Notes under the pieces: generated by a model
Database searches by the model: none
Told to the model about the DNA's origin: nothing
The model's input: the letters and a program-made list of their open reading frames with translations, nothing else
Position numbers and translations under genes: made by a program
NCBI GenBank assembly: GCA_028871795.1
Contig: JAGWMG010000006.1
Span: 41,051 to 105,050 of the forward strand
From: Alphaproteobacteria bacterium
GTDB taxonomy: Bacteria > Pseudomonadota > Alphaproteobacteria > Micropepsales > Micropepsaceae
DNA length: 64,000 bases
Direction: 5' to 3'
Shown here: positions 51,322 through 63,126 of the stretch, in pieces
How the letters are laid out: every line of letters starts with the position of its first letter
Position numbering within the stretch: the first letter of the stretch is position 1

Positions 51322-51690
51322 TTATTCCGTCAGCCGCCCCTCGCCGGCGCGGTGCTTGTATTGCAGCACCAGCAGCAGCGATTTCATCAGGCGCAGCAAG
51401 CCGAACGTCAGGATCGCGATGGTGGGAATCCACAGCACGGCATGCACCCAATAGGGCGGCTGGTAGGTGAACTCCACGAACAGCGCGCCGGCGCAGACGA
51501 CCGCTCCCACGATCAGGATGACGAACACCGCCGGGCCGTCGCCTGCATCGAACATCGCGTAGTCGAGGCCGCAATGGGCACAGCGCTTCGCAATGCTCAG
51601 ATAGCCCTCGAACAGCTTGCCTTGGCCGCAACGCGGACAAAGCCCGAAGAGCGCGGCCTTGGCGGCGCCCGGCTCGACGATCTCGTTCAT
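51322..51690 (-). CDS. DUF983 domain membrane protein
   Basis: CPRCGQGKLF...CAHCGLDY...DAGDGPA, PPYWVHAVLW; TGATG overlap with coxC. Confidence 0.9.
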   Translation of the reverse strand: MNEIVEPGAAKAALFGLCPRCGQGKLFEGYLSIAKRCAHCGLDYAMFDAGDGPAVFVILIVGAVVCAGALFVEFTYQPPYWVHAVLWIPTIAILTFGLLRLMKSLLLVLQYKHRAGEGRLTE

Positions 51691-52604
51691 CAGGCGGCCG
51701 TCAGCGGTCCCTGCCCCAGAACGTAGATGCAGGTGAACAGGAACAGCCAGACCACGTCGACGAAATGCCAATACCAGGCCGCCGCCTCGAAGCCGAAATG
51801 GCGCGCGGGCGTGAAATGCCCGGCGATGGCGCGGCCGAGGCACACCGTCAGGAATATCGTGCCGATGATGACGTGGAAGCCGTGGAAGCCCGTCGCCATG
51901 AAGAAGGTCGAGCCGTAGATGGCGCCGAGGTTGCCCGCGCCGATCGAAAGATTGGCGTGCACCGGATCGGTGAAGGGCGCCAGCGCCGCGCCGTTGAAGC
52001 CGAAGGTGAACGGCGCGTGGCTGTACTCGTAGGCCTGGATGCAGGTGAAGGAGGCGCCCAGCAGAACCGTCAGCAGCAGGCCTATGGTTGCGCCCTTCTT
52101 GTCGCCCTCCTGGATGGCGTGGTGCGCCCAGGTCACGGTGGTGGCGGAGGTCAGCAGGATCAGCGTGTTGAGCAGCGGAAAATGCCAGGGGTCGAGGGTG
52201 ACGATGCCCGACGGCGGCCAGCTCGAGACCCCGACGTCGTTGTGGAAGATCGCGGTGTTGAAATAGGCCCAGAACCAGGCGACGAAGAACATCACCTCCG
52301 AGGCGATGAACAGCACCATGCCGAAGCGCAGGCCGAGCTTGACCACCGGCTTGTGGTCGCCGCGCACCACGGATTCGGCGATGACGTCGCGCCACCATCC
52401 CGCCATGGTGTAAAGCACCAGCACCAATCCGGTCGCGAAGATCCAGGGCTGGCCGTTTACCGGAAGCCCGAAGAAGCCGGTGTAATTCTTGTTCATCCAG
52501 AACACGGCGCCGATCAGCATGGTGAAGACGCCGATCGAGCCCACCACCGGCCACGGACTGGGATCGACCAGATGATAATCGTGCTTCACTTCGCTATGCG
52601 CCAT
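51690..52604 (-). CDS. coxC: Cytochrome c oxidase subunit III
   Basis: [54 protein letters not shown]. Confidence 0.96.
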   Translation of the reverse strand: MAHSEVKHDYHLVDPSPWPVVGSIGVFTMLIGAVFWMNKNYTGFFGLPVNGQPWIFATGLVLVLYTMAGWWRDVIAESVVRGDHKPVVKLGLRFGMVLFIASEVMFFVAWFWAYFNTAIFHNDVGVSSWPPSGIVTLDPWHFPLLNTLILLTSATTVTWAHHAIQEGDKKGATIGLLLTVLLGASFTCIQAYEYSHAPFTFGFNGAALAPFTDPVHANLSIGAGNLGAIYGSTFFMATGFHGFHVIIGTIFLTVCLGRAIAGHFTPARHFGFEAAAWYWHFVDVVWLFLFTCIYVLGQGPLTAA

Positions 52605-52626
52605 GACCAATCCTCTTCCGTGCGGA

Positions 52627-52746
52627 TTACGGATGAACCCGCAGCATCGTCGTCAGATAGAACAGAACCACCAAACCGAGCAGAACCAGCGCCAAAGCGA
52701 TATTGCGCTTTCGCCGTTCGCGTGCGTCGCGCCGGTCGTCGACCAT
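52627..52746 (-). CDS. Small CoxF-like membrane peptide (39 aa), absent from the ORF track
   Basis: Manually translated [39 protein letters not shown]; GAGG SD; position after ctaB matches the small ORF of alphaproteobacterial cox operons. Confidence 0.7.
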   Translation of the reverse strand: MVDDRRDARERRKRNIALALVLLGLVVLFYLTTMLRVHP

Positions 52747-52750
52747 CGCC

Positions 52751-53676
52751 TCACGTCCAGACCCGCAGGGGCGCCAGCCCGAGCAGATGTTCGCCGATCA
52801 GCGCCGCGAACAGCGAAAACAGATAGAAGATCGAAACCGCAAACAGTCGCCGCGCCGCCGGCTCGCGCGCCTCGTCGCGTTCGCGCAAGACGGCAACCGC
52901 ATTCCATAGCATGACGCCGCCCAAGATTGCGGAGACCGCCAGGTACAGCGCCCCGCCCAACCCGATTCCGGCGGGAACGATTCCGAGCGGCACCAGCGCC
53001 AGCGCGTAAGCCAGGATCTGGCGGCGCGTCGAACGCTTGCCGCGGACGACGGGCATCATCGGTACGCCGGCGCGCGCGTAATCCTCGGAGCGGAACAGCG
53101 CCAGCGACCAGAAATGCGGCGGCGTCCACAAAAAGACGATCGCCACCAGCAGCAATGGCGCCATCGACAAGTTGCCGGTCACCGCAGCCCAGCCGATGGC
53201 CGCCGGCATGGCGCCCGCCAGGCCGCCGATCACGATGTTCTGCGGCGTGCGCCGCTTCAGCCACAGCGTATAGACGCCGACATAGACGAAGATCGTGAAG
53301 GCCAGCAACGCCGCGGCCGGGATGTTGACGAACAGCGCCATCAACGCGACGGCACCGGCTGCAAGCGTCCAGCCGAACGCCAGCGCATCCTCGCGCGCGA
53401 TGCGGCCCATGGGAATGGGACGCGATGCGGTGCGCGACATCAGCGCGTCGATGTCGCTGTCGTAGGCCATGTTGAGCGCGCCCGAAGCGCCCGCCCCGAC
53501 CGCGATGCACAGCAGCGCGCTGAACGCGGTGAGCGGATGCACCCAGCCCGGCGCCACGACGATGCCCGCCAGCCCGGTGAAGACGACGAGCGACATCACC
53601 CGCGGCTTCAACAGCGCGAAGAAATCCCCCACCGTGGCGGCGGGGCGGGAAACGGCGAATGTCACGGCGTCGGCCA

Positions 53677-53677
<1 letters not shown>
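52751..53677 (-). CDS. ctaB: Heme o synthase (protoheme IX farnesyltransferase)
   Basis: LLKPRVMSLVVFT, NMAYDSDIDALMSRT, YTLWLKRRTPQNIVIGG, WTPPHFW. Confidence 0.95.
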
Positions 53678-56116
<2,439 letters not shown>

Positions 56117-56365
56117 GGGCACCTCGTGAAAAGCTGGGCCCGCGCGCGATCTGTGCCGCTTCGCAGCGCCCGATTTAGAAAGATTCTATATCTGATTTAC
56201 AGGAATTGCAGGGATAATGTCATTGCGACCTTATGGCACGGGCGGCTCTTCCTCCAATTGGCCCGTATTATGCTCTTGTGCCGGCGCCCGAGAACGCCGA
56301 TATGGGTAAATGTCCTTGTTTGCAGGGATAATCGCGCCCCAGACGGCAAAACGCGGAGGCTTTTC

Positions 56366-57784
56366 TTGACCGGCGATCTCTTTTTCTCCCGTAACGGAAT
56401 GGACCGCGGCCGCGTTCAGGCCAAGGTCGACGAGGCCCTGAAAGGCGCCGACGACGGCGAATTGTTCCTGGAATTCTGTCAAAGCGAATCGTTTTCCTTC
56501 GACGACGGCCGGTTGAAAGCCGCCAATTTCGACACAACTCAGGGCTTCGGCCTGCGCGCCGTGAGCGGCGAGGCGACCGGCTATGCCCACGCCAACGAGC
56601 TGTCCGAAGAAGCCATCGCCAGAGCCGCGCAAACGGTGCGCGCGGTGGCTCACGGACATGCCGGCGTCTCGTCCGCCGCCCCCGCCCGCACCAACGTAAA
56701 GCTCTACACCGACAGCGATCCGCTCGGGACCGCCGCCTTCGAGAAGAAGGTGAAGCTGCTCGAAGACATGAACACCTACGCCAGGAACAAGGATGCGCGT
56801 GTGCGGCAGGTGTCGTGCAGCCTCGCGGGCGAATGGCAGAACGTCGAGATCATCCGTCCCGGCGGCGAGACCTATAGAGATGTGCGTCCGCTGGTACGGC
56901 TGTACGTGTCGGTCGTGGTCGAGCAAGACGGCCGTCAGGAATCGGGCAGCTTCGGCGGCGGCGGACGCGGCGGCTATGAGACCTATATCGCCGCCGACTA
57001 TTGGCGCGCGGCGGTCGACGAGGCGCTGCGCCAGGCTCTGGTGAATCTTTCGTCGGTGCCCGCACCGGCGGGAGAGATGACGGTGGTGCTGGGTCCGGGC
57101 TGGCCGGGAATCCTGCTGCACGAAGCCATCGGTCACGGGCTGGAAGGCGACTTCAACCGCAAGAAGACGAGCGCCTTCTCGGGCCTGCTCGGCCAGCGCG
57201 TGGCCTCGCCCGGCGTCACGGTGGTCGACGACGGCACCATCGGCGGACGGCGCGGCTCGCTCACCATCGACGACGAAGGCACGCCGACGTCGCGCACGGT
57301 GCTGATCGAGGACGGCGTCCTGAAGGGCTACATGCAGGACCGCCAGAACGCGCGGCTGATGGGCATGGCGCCTACCGGCAACGGACGGCGGCAATCCTAC
57401 GGCAGCATGGTCATGCCGCGCATGACCAACACCTACATGCTGGGCGGCGACAAGACGCCGGAGGAAATCCTCGCCAGCGTCAAGAAGGGAATCTACGCCA
57501 CCAATTTCGGCGGCGGTCAGGTGGACATCACCAACGGCAAGTTCGTGTTCTCCTGCACCGAGGCGTATCTGCTGGAGGACGGCAAGGTCGGCCCCGCGAT
57601 CAAGGGCGCGACGCTCATCGGCAACGGGCCGGACGCGCTGACGCGGGTGAGCATGATCGGCAACGACATGAAACTCGACAGCGGCATCGGCACCTGCGGC
57701 AAGAACGGACAAAGCGTGCCGGTGGGCGTCGGCCAGCCGACGCTGCGGCTGGACGGGCTTACTGTCGGAGGAACTGCGGCCTAA
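56366..57784 (+). CDS. tldD: Metalloprotease TldD
   Basis: DDGELFLE, GFGLRAV.GE, LHEAIGHGLEGD, RRQSY, PRMTNTYM, CGKNGQ.VPVGVGQP; TTG start after GGAGG (ATG 56399 is an alternative). Confidence 0.93.
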   Translation: MTGDLFFSRNGMDRGRVQAKVDEALKGADDGELFLEFCQSESFSFDDGRLKAANFDTTQGFGLRAVSGEATGYAHANELSEEAIARAAQTVRAVAHGHAGVSSAAPARTNVKLYTDSDPLGTAAFEKKVKLLEDMNTYARNKDARVRQVSCSLAGEWQNVEIIRPGGETYRDVRPLVRLYVSVVVEQDGRQESGSFGGGGRGGYETYIAADYWRAAVDEALRQALVNLSSVPAPAGEMTVVLGPGWPGILLHEAIGHGLEGDFNRKKTSAFSGLLGQRVASPGVTVVDDGTIGGRRGSLTIDDEGTPTSRTVLIEDGVLKGYMQDRQNARLMGMAPTGNGRRQSYGSMVMPRMTNTYMLGGDKTPEEILASVKKGIYATNFGGGQVDITNGKFVFSCTEAYLLEDGKVGPAIKGATLIGNGPDALTRVSMIGNDMKLDSGIGTCGKNGQSVPVGVGQPTLRLDGLTVGGTAA

Positions 57785-57872
57785 CGGCCGCGGGCGGTAG
57801 GCGGGACGGCGGCGTAATCTCAAACGCGGCATAGCATTTGCCGAATGAGGTTCACCGCTGCGCCGAGAATCA

Positions 57873-57901
57873 TTGACATGTGCCCCACATGTGACTATCG
57901 T
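57873..57901 (+). promoter_or_regulatory. Sigma70 promoter with overlapping palindromic operator for TA module
   Basis: TTGACA-N17-TATCGT; ACATGTG-ccc-CACATGT (57876-57892); ATG 6 nt after the -10. Confidence 0.75.
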
Positions 57902-57907
57902 TTTCAC

Positions 57908-58141
57908 ATGTCCAAGATGATTCAATTACGAAACGTCCCCGATTCTCTGCACCGGCGGCTGAAGGCCTGCGCGGCAAGCGAAGGCTTGTCGCTGTCGGAT
58001 TTCCTCACCCGCGAGGCGAGCAAGATCGCCGAACGGCCGACAAGGGAAGAGTTCCTGCAACGCCTTGCGGCACGGCCCGTGACGCACTTGAAGGTATCGC
58101 CCACCCAGATCGTCCGCGAAGAGCGGGACAGCCGCTCCTGA
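57908..58141 (+). CDS. FitA/VapB-like ribbon-helix-helix antitoxin
   Basis: MIQLRNVPDSLHRRLKACAASEGLSLSDFL RHH pattern; directly upstream of PIN toxin. Confidence 0.85.
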   Translation: MSKMIQLRNVPDSLHRRLKACAASEGLSLSDFLTREASKIAERPTREEFLQRLAARPVTHLKVSPTQIVREERDSRS

Positions 58142-58142
58142 C

Positions 58143-58532
58143 ATGATCGTCGTCGATGCATCCGTGGCGCTTGAGATTCTTATTCGAACGCCTGTCGGCA
58201 TAAGACACACAGTGCGCGTCGCGAACGAAGACGTTCATGCACCGCACCTGATCGATGTCGAGTTCGTCAATGCTCTGCGGCGTCTTACGCTTACCGGCGG
58301 GCTGAACCGGGATACCGCCAACAATGCCCTGCAAGGCATGCGAGGCTGGAGATTGGAGCGGCATGAGCATGCTCCCCTGCTCGAGCGCATCTGGGAAATG
58401 AGAAATTCCGTTTCCGCTTATGACGCAAGCTACGTGGTTCTTGCCGAAGCGCTGGAGGCCCCGCTCTTGACCTTCGATGCCAAGTTGAGCCGGGCCCATG
58501 GGCATCGGGCCAGAATTGAGTTGCTCAACTAG
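58143..58532 (+). CDS. vapC: VapC/PIN domain toxin
   Basis: IVVDASV, APHLIDVE, YDASYVVLAE, LLTFD. Confidence 0.9.
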   Translation: MIVVDASVALEILIRTPVGIRHTVRVANEDVHAPHLIDVEFVNALRRLTLTGGLNRDTANNALQGMRGWRLERHEHAPLLERIWEMRNSVSAYDASYVVLAEALEAPLLTFDAKLSRAHGHRARIELLN

Positions 58533-58583
58533 CCCATCAGTGGCTTCATTTTAGCCGCGGCATCAGCGGCCACAGGATAGACT

Positions 58584-58928
58584 TTGTCCCTCATCTACAA
58601 AATCTGCCATCGCGCGGAGTGGGCGCAGGCCGAGCGCGACGGCATCTATGCGGGCTCGGCGAAGGACCGCGAAGACCACTTCATGCACTTCTCGTCGGCC
58701 GAACAGGTGCCGGGCACGCTGCGGCGGTATTACGCCGAGGCGGGCGACTTGGTGCTGGTGGCGGTCGATCCGAAGACGCTCGGCACGGCTTTGAAGCACG
58801 AGCCGTCGCGCGGCGGGGCCTTGTATCCCCATCTTTACGCGACCCTGCCGTTGACGTTCGTGCGCTGGGCGAAACCCATCCGCCGCGCGCCGGACGGCAC
58901 GTTCCTTTTGCCGAAGGAATGCGTATGA
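58584..58928 (+). CDS. DUF952 domain protein
   Basis: IYKI...W..A...G.Y.GS..D..D.FMHFS, EPSRGG.LYPHLY. Confidence 0.88.
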   Translation: MSLIYKICHRAEWAQAERDGIYAGSAKDREDHFMHFSSAEQVPGTLRRYYAEAGDLVLVAVDPKTLGTALKHEPSRGGALYPHLYATLPLTFVRWAKPIRRAPDGTFLLPKECV

Positions 58929-58993
58929 GCGGTGGCGAAGGCGCTGGCCGACCGCTAGATTAATTCCGGCCCCCTTCATTCGGAGATGTGTCC

Positions 58994-60022
58994 ATGCGTT
59001 ACAGACAGCTCGGCAATACCGGCATGTTCGTCTCGGAAATCTGCCTCGGCACGATGACCTTCGGCGGCCAGGGATCGTTCTACGAGAAAGTCGGAAACCT
59101 CGGCCAGAAGGAGGCGACGGCGATCGTCGCGCGCGCGCTCGAAGCGGGCGTCAACTTCATCGACACGGCCGACGTCTACTCGATGGGCCTGTCGGAAATC
59201 CTGCTGGGAAAGGCGCTGAAGGACATCGGCGCCAAGCGTTCCGACGTCGTCGTCGCCACCAAGGTTTACGGCCGCATGGGGCCGGGACCGAACGACACGG
59301 GGCTGGCGCGCGGCCATATCATGGACGCCGTGGAAAAAAGCCTGGAGCGTCTGCAGACCGACCACATCGACCTCTATCAGGTCCACGCCCAGGACTCGGT
59401 CACGCCGGTCGAGGAAGTGATGCGGGCGCTCGACGATCTCGTCAGTCGCGGTCTGGTGCGCTACGTCGGCTGCTCGAACTGGCAGGCGTGGCGGATCATG
59501 CAGGCGCAGGGCGTGGCCGACAAACGCGGCTGGGCGCGCTTCGAAACAGTGCAGGCGTACTATTCCATCGCGGGGCGGGGGTTGGAGCGCGAGATCGCCC
59601 CCATGCTGGAGGACCAGAAGATGGGCCTGATGGTGTGGAGCGCGCTCGCGGGCGGCATCCTCTCGGGCAAGTTCGGTCCCGGCAGCAGCCCGCAAGGCGC
59701 GCGGCGCGCCACCTTCGATTTTCCGCCGGTCGACCGCGGGCGCGTCTGGCCCATCGTCGACGCCATGCGCGAAATCGGCAAGCCGAAGGGCGCCAGCCCC
59801 GCGCGCGTGGCGCTGGCCTGGGTCCTCTCCAAGCCGTTCGTCACCAGCGTCATCACCGGCGTCAAAACGGTCGCACAGCTCGACGACAATCTTGCGGCTT
59901 CCGGCCTGGTGCTGTCTCCGGAAGAAATCAAGCGGCTGGACGATCTGAGCGCGTTCGAGCCGGAATATCCGGGCTACATGGTGGCACGCCAAACCGTCGG
60001 GCGCCTTCCCGACGGCAAATAG
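58994..60022 (+). CDS. Aldo/keto reductase
   Basis: LGTMTFG, IDTADVYS, VATKV, LQTDHIDLYQVH, YVGCSN. Confidence 0.93.
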   Translation: MRYRQLGNTGMFVSEICLGTMTFGGQGSFYEKVGNLGQKEATAIVARALEAGVNFIDTADVYSMGLSEILLGKALKDIGAKRSDVVVATKVYGRMGPGPNDTGLARGHIMDAVEKSLERLQTDHIDLYQVHAQDSVTPVEEVMRALDDLVSRGLVRYVGCSNWQAWRIMQAQGVADKRGWARFETVQAYYSIAGRGLEREIAPMLEDQKMGLMVWSALAGGILSGKFGPGSSPQGARRATFDFPPVDRGRVWPIVDAMREIGKPKGASPARVALAWVLSKPFVTSVITGVKTVAQLDDNLAASGLVLSPEEIKRLDDLSAFEPEYPGYMVARQTVGRLPDGK

Positions 60023-60056
60023 TGGTATCGTCGGCGGATTGGAACGGGAGGAACCG

Positions 60057-60251
60057 ATGAAGGCCTTACTACTCATCGTAGGCATCGCCGCTTTGCTGGC
60101 GGGACTGCTGTTTGCCGGTCAGGGAACGGGATACATCCCCTGGCCGCGAACCAGCTTTATGATCTCCGATATGCATTGGGCCTATTACGGCGCGGGGATC
60201 GCGGGATTTGGGATCGTGCTGATGTGGATTTCGAGTCGACTCGGGCGCTGA
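60057..60251 (+). CDS. Small two-TM hypothetical membrane protein
   Basis: GGAGG SD; two hydrophobic helices with GQGTGYI.WP..SFMI. Confidence 0.7.
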   Translation: MKALLLIVGIAALLAGLLFAGQGTGYIPWPRTSFMISDMHWAYYGAGIAGFGIVLMWISSRLGR

Positions 60252-60287
60252 CGCTTCCGGAACGGCTTCGGCGGCACTGCGTCCGTC

Positions 60288-61652
60288 TCACAGGAAATTG
60301 AAATCGCGAAACAGCGGCGCGAAGTCGCCGCCCCATTCCGTGCGGTAGAGCTGCAGCAGTTCTTCGGCACGCGTGTAACCGCGCGAGACCAGATCGCGCA
60401 GCGGAACGAGAAACCCCTCTTCCGTCATGCCTCCCGCATCCACGGAAGCGCGGCGCTTGAGTCCTTCGGCGGAAATCTCGATCATGCGGTGCGCAAGCTC
60501 CCACACGGTGGCCTTGCGGAACGGCGTCCTGAAGGCGAGATGAGGCACGGCGTCGCGCATGGCTTGGCGTTCTTCCGCCGTCCAGTCCTTGACGAGGTCC
60601 CACGCCGCATCCAGCGCGGTCTGATCGTAGAACAGCCCGACCCAAAGCGCGGGAAGCCCGCAGATGCGCCGCCAGCTTCCGCCGTCGGCGCCGCGCATTT
60701 CGAGAAAGCGTTTCAACCGCGCCTCCGGGAAGATCGTCGTCAGATGATCCGCCCAGTCCGCCAACTGCGGCGTGATGCCCTTCAACTCGGGAATCCCGCG
60801 CGCCAGGAAATCGCGAAAGCTCCTGCCCGACGCGTCGATGTATTTCCCGTCGCGGTAGACGAAGTACATCGGCACGTCGAGCACGTAATCGACGTAGCGC
60901 TCGAAGCCCATGCCGTCTTCGAAAACCCAGGGCAACATTCCGGTGCGGTCGTTGTCGACGTCGGTCCAGATGTGGCTGCGATATGACAGGAAGCCGTTGG
61001 GTTTGCCTTCGCGGAACGGCGAGTTGGCGAACAGCGCCGTCGCCACGGGTTGCAACGCCAACCCGACGCGGAATTTTTTCACCATATCCGCTTCGGAGGA
61101 GAAATCGAGATTCACCTGAACCGTGCAGGTGCGGAACATCATCTCCCAGCCGTACCCGCCGACCTTGGGCATGTAGCGGCGCATGATCGCATAACGCGCT
61201 TTGGGCATCCGCTGCGTCTCGTCCATCGTCCAGTTCGGCGCGAAGCCCAGGCCGATGGCGCCGGCGCCGATCTCGGCGGCCACCTCGCGCACCTGCTGCT
61301 GATGGGTACTCACCTCCGCGCAGGTCTGATGCACGGATCGGAGCGGCGCGCCGGAAAGCTCGAACTGGCCGCCCGGTTCGAGGCTGATCGAAGCCCCGTT
61401 CTGGCTGAGGCCGATGATGTGGTCCCCTTCCGTCAGGGGCTCCCAGCCGAAGCGGCGCATACCCTCCAGCAGGACGCGGATCCCGGGCGTGCCTTCGTAA
61501 GGCAGCGGCTTGCGGTTTCCGAGGTCGTACATGAATTTCTCGTGCTCGGTGCCGATGCGCCACTCGGACTTGGGCTTGCAGCCCTCCGCCAGGTAGCGCA
61601 CGAGATCGTCGCGCGACTCGATCGGCCCGCCGGCAGACTGGGGAATGGACAT
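60288..61652 (-). CDS. gshA: Glutamate--cysteine ligase (alphaproteobacterial/plant type)
   Basis: RIGTEHEKF, SLEPGGQFELSG, MPKARY, CTVQVNLD, EMRGADGG. Confidence 0.95.
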   Translation of the reverse strand: MSIPQSAGGPIESRDDLVRYLAEGCKPKSEWRIGTEHEKFMYDLGNRKPLPYEGTPGIRVLLEGMRRFGWEPLTEGDHIIGLSQNGASISLEPGGQFELSGAPLRSVHQTCAEVSTHQQQVREVAAEIGAGAIGLGFAPNWTMDETQRMPKARYAIMRRYMPKVGGYGWEMMFRTCTVQVNLDFSSEADMVKKFRVGLALQPVATALFANSPFREGKPNGFLSYRSHIWTDVDNDRTGMLPWVFEDGMGFERYVDYVLDVPMYFVYRDGKYIDASGRSFRDFLARGIPELKGITPQLADWADHLTTIFPEARLKRFLEMRGADGGSWRRICGLPALWVGLFYDQTALDAAWDLVKDWTAEERQAMRDAVPHLAFRTPFRKATVWELAHRMIEISAEGLKRRASVDAGGMTEEGFLVPLRDLVSRGYTRAEELLQLYRTEWGGDFAPLFRDFNFL

Positions 61653-61756
61653 TCCTCGCAAACCTTTTCTGGGCGAATGGCCCTGGACAGAGGTGTGAAC
61701 AGCAGTGCACTTGCCCGGTTGCGGGTTATGTAGGCGCGCCCCACGCTCGCGACAAG

Positions 61757-62500
61757 TCAGGCCCAGTCGCCCTTGACCGCCTGCCAGACGGAAAGGGCGG
61801 AAAGGGCCGCGGTATCCGCGCGCAGAATGCGGCCGCCCAAGGAAACCGGCATCACGAAAGGTTGCGCGCGCAGAGCCGCGCGTTCGGCGGGATCGAAGCC
61901 GCCTTCGGGACCGGTCAGCACGGCCCACGCACCGTCGGGCGCGCAGCGCAGCGCCTCGGCGATAGAAGGGGCCTCTCCGGCCTCATCGCAGAAGAGAATG
62001 CGGCGCGTTTTCGGCCAGGCATCGAGCAGCTTGTCGAGCGATTGCGGCTCTCGCACTTCGGGTATGCTCAAACGACCGGATTGCTCGGCTGCTTCCACCG
62101 CATTGGCGCGCAGCCGTTCGACGTTGACGCGGCTGACGATGGTGCGGCGGGTGATGATCGGCTGCAGCGCGCGCACGCCAAGTTCCGTTGCCTTCTGGGC
62201 CAGATAATCGGCCGGCGTTTTCTTGATCGGGGCGAAGACCAGCCAGAGGTCGGGCACATCCGTCTGTCTTGCCGTGAAGTGCTGGCACTGGAGCGTGCAG
62301 CCGCGCTTGCCCGCCTCGACGATCTGCGCCAGCCACTCGCCGTCGCGCCCGTTGAACAGCCCGACGCGATCGCCGACCCTGGCGCGCATGACGTGCAGCA
62401 GGTAATGCGTCTGGCCGTCGTCCGGGGCGACGCGTACACCGTCCCCCAGCGCCGCCTCCACATAAAGGCGCACCTTGCCGCCGGGATAACTGAGGTCCAT
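61757..62500 (-). CDS. rsmE: 16S rRNA m3U1498 methyltransferase
   Basis: RLYV, HYLLHVMR, QKATELGV, EAAEQS, GPEGGF, LGGRILRADTA. Confidence 0.94.
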   Translation of the reverse strand: MDLSYPGGKVRLYVEAALGDGVRVAPDDGQTHYLLHVMRARVGDRVGLFNGRDGEWLAQIVEAGKRGCTLQCQHFTARQTDVPDLWLVFAPIKKTPADYLAQKATELGVRALQPIITRRTIVSRVNVERLRANAVEAAEQSGRLSIPEVREPQSLDKLLDAWPKTRRILFCDEAGEAPSIAEALRCAPDGAWAVLTGPEGGFDPAERAALRAQPFVMPVSLGGRILRADTAALSALSVWQAVKGDWA

Positions 62501-62534
62501 CACCGCGCCTCGACAGTCGTGAACATTTGAGGTA

Positions 62535-62556
62535 ATAGGTATTACGTAATACCTAT
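62535..62556. promoter_or_regulatory. Perfect 22-bp palindromic operator upstream of AbrB-type antitoxin
   Basis: ATAGGTATTAC|GTAATACCTAT, with an extra GGTAATA half-site at 62531. Confidence 0.8.
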
Positions 62557-62567
62557 CACGGTCAAAC

Positions 62568-62801
62568 ATGGACAAACCTCTCACAAGCCGACTGACTTCG
62601 AAAGGTCAGGCAACCATCCCTGTCGAAGTTCGCAAAGTACTGCGCCTGAAGGAAGGTGACAGCGTGTTATTCGAGATGCAGAGGGGCAAAGTCACGCTGC
62701 GCCGCGCCGAAGCGCTCGATCGCGCATTCCTTAAACTCGCCCAAGCGGCGTTCGAGGAATGGAACAGCCCGGAAGACGAGGCCGCGTTCCGTGAACTATA
62801 G
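62568..62801 (+). CDS. AbrB/MazE/SpoVT family antitoxin
   Basis: SRLTSKGQATIPVEVRKVLRLKEGD. Confidence 0.9.
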   Translation: MDKPLTSRLTSKGQATIPVEVRKVLRLKEGDSVLFEMQRGKVTLRRAEALDRAFLKLAQAAFEEWNSPEDEAAFREL

Positions 62802-63126
62802 CCGATGGGACGTTGTGGCAGTCCACTTCCCCTTCCTGGAAGGCACGGATGCGAAGCGGCGGCCCGCCTTGGTCGTGTCCGCCGACCGCCTCCACGGCGA
62901 ACACGGCGTCTATTGGATCGCAATGATAACCACAGCGAAGTCGGGGCGGCGTACAAATGATATTGCGGTCACCAACCGCGAACGCGCGGGTCTGCCCGAA
63001 GACTGCGTCATTCGCGTGGCGCGCTTAGCGACGGTCAGCAACGGCCAGATTGCGCGTCGACTTGGTGACATCACGCCCAAAGACCGGACGGCCGTCGCCG
63101 CACTTATGAAGATCTATGCGCCGTGA
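62791..63126 (+). CDS. PemK/MazF family toxin
   Basis: DVVAVHFPF...AKRRPALVVS...AMITT...AGLP; GTG start overlapping antitoxin end. Confidence 0.88.
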   Translation: MNYSRWDVVAVHFPFLEGTDAKRRPALVVSADRLHGEHGVYWIAMITTAKSGRRTNDIAVTNRERAGLPEDCVIRVARLATVSNGQIARRLGDITPKDRTAVAALMKIYAP

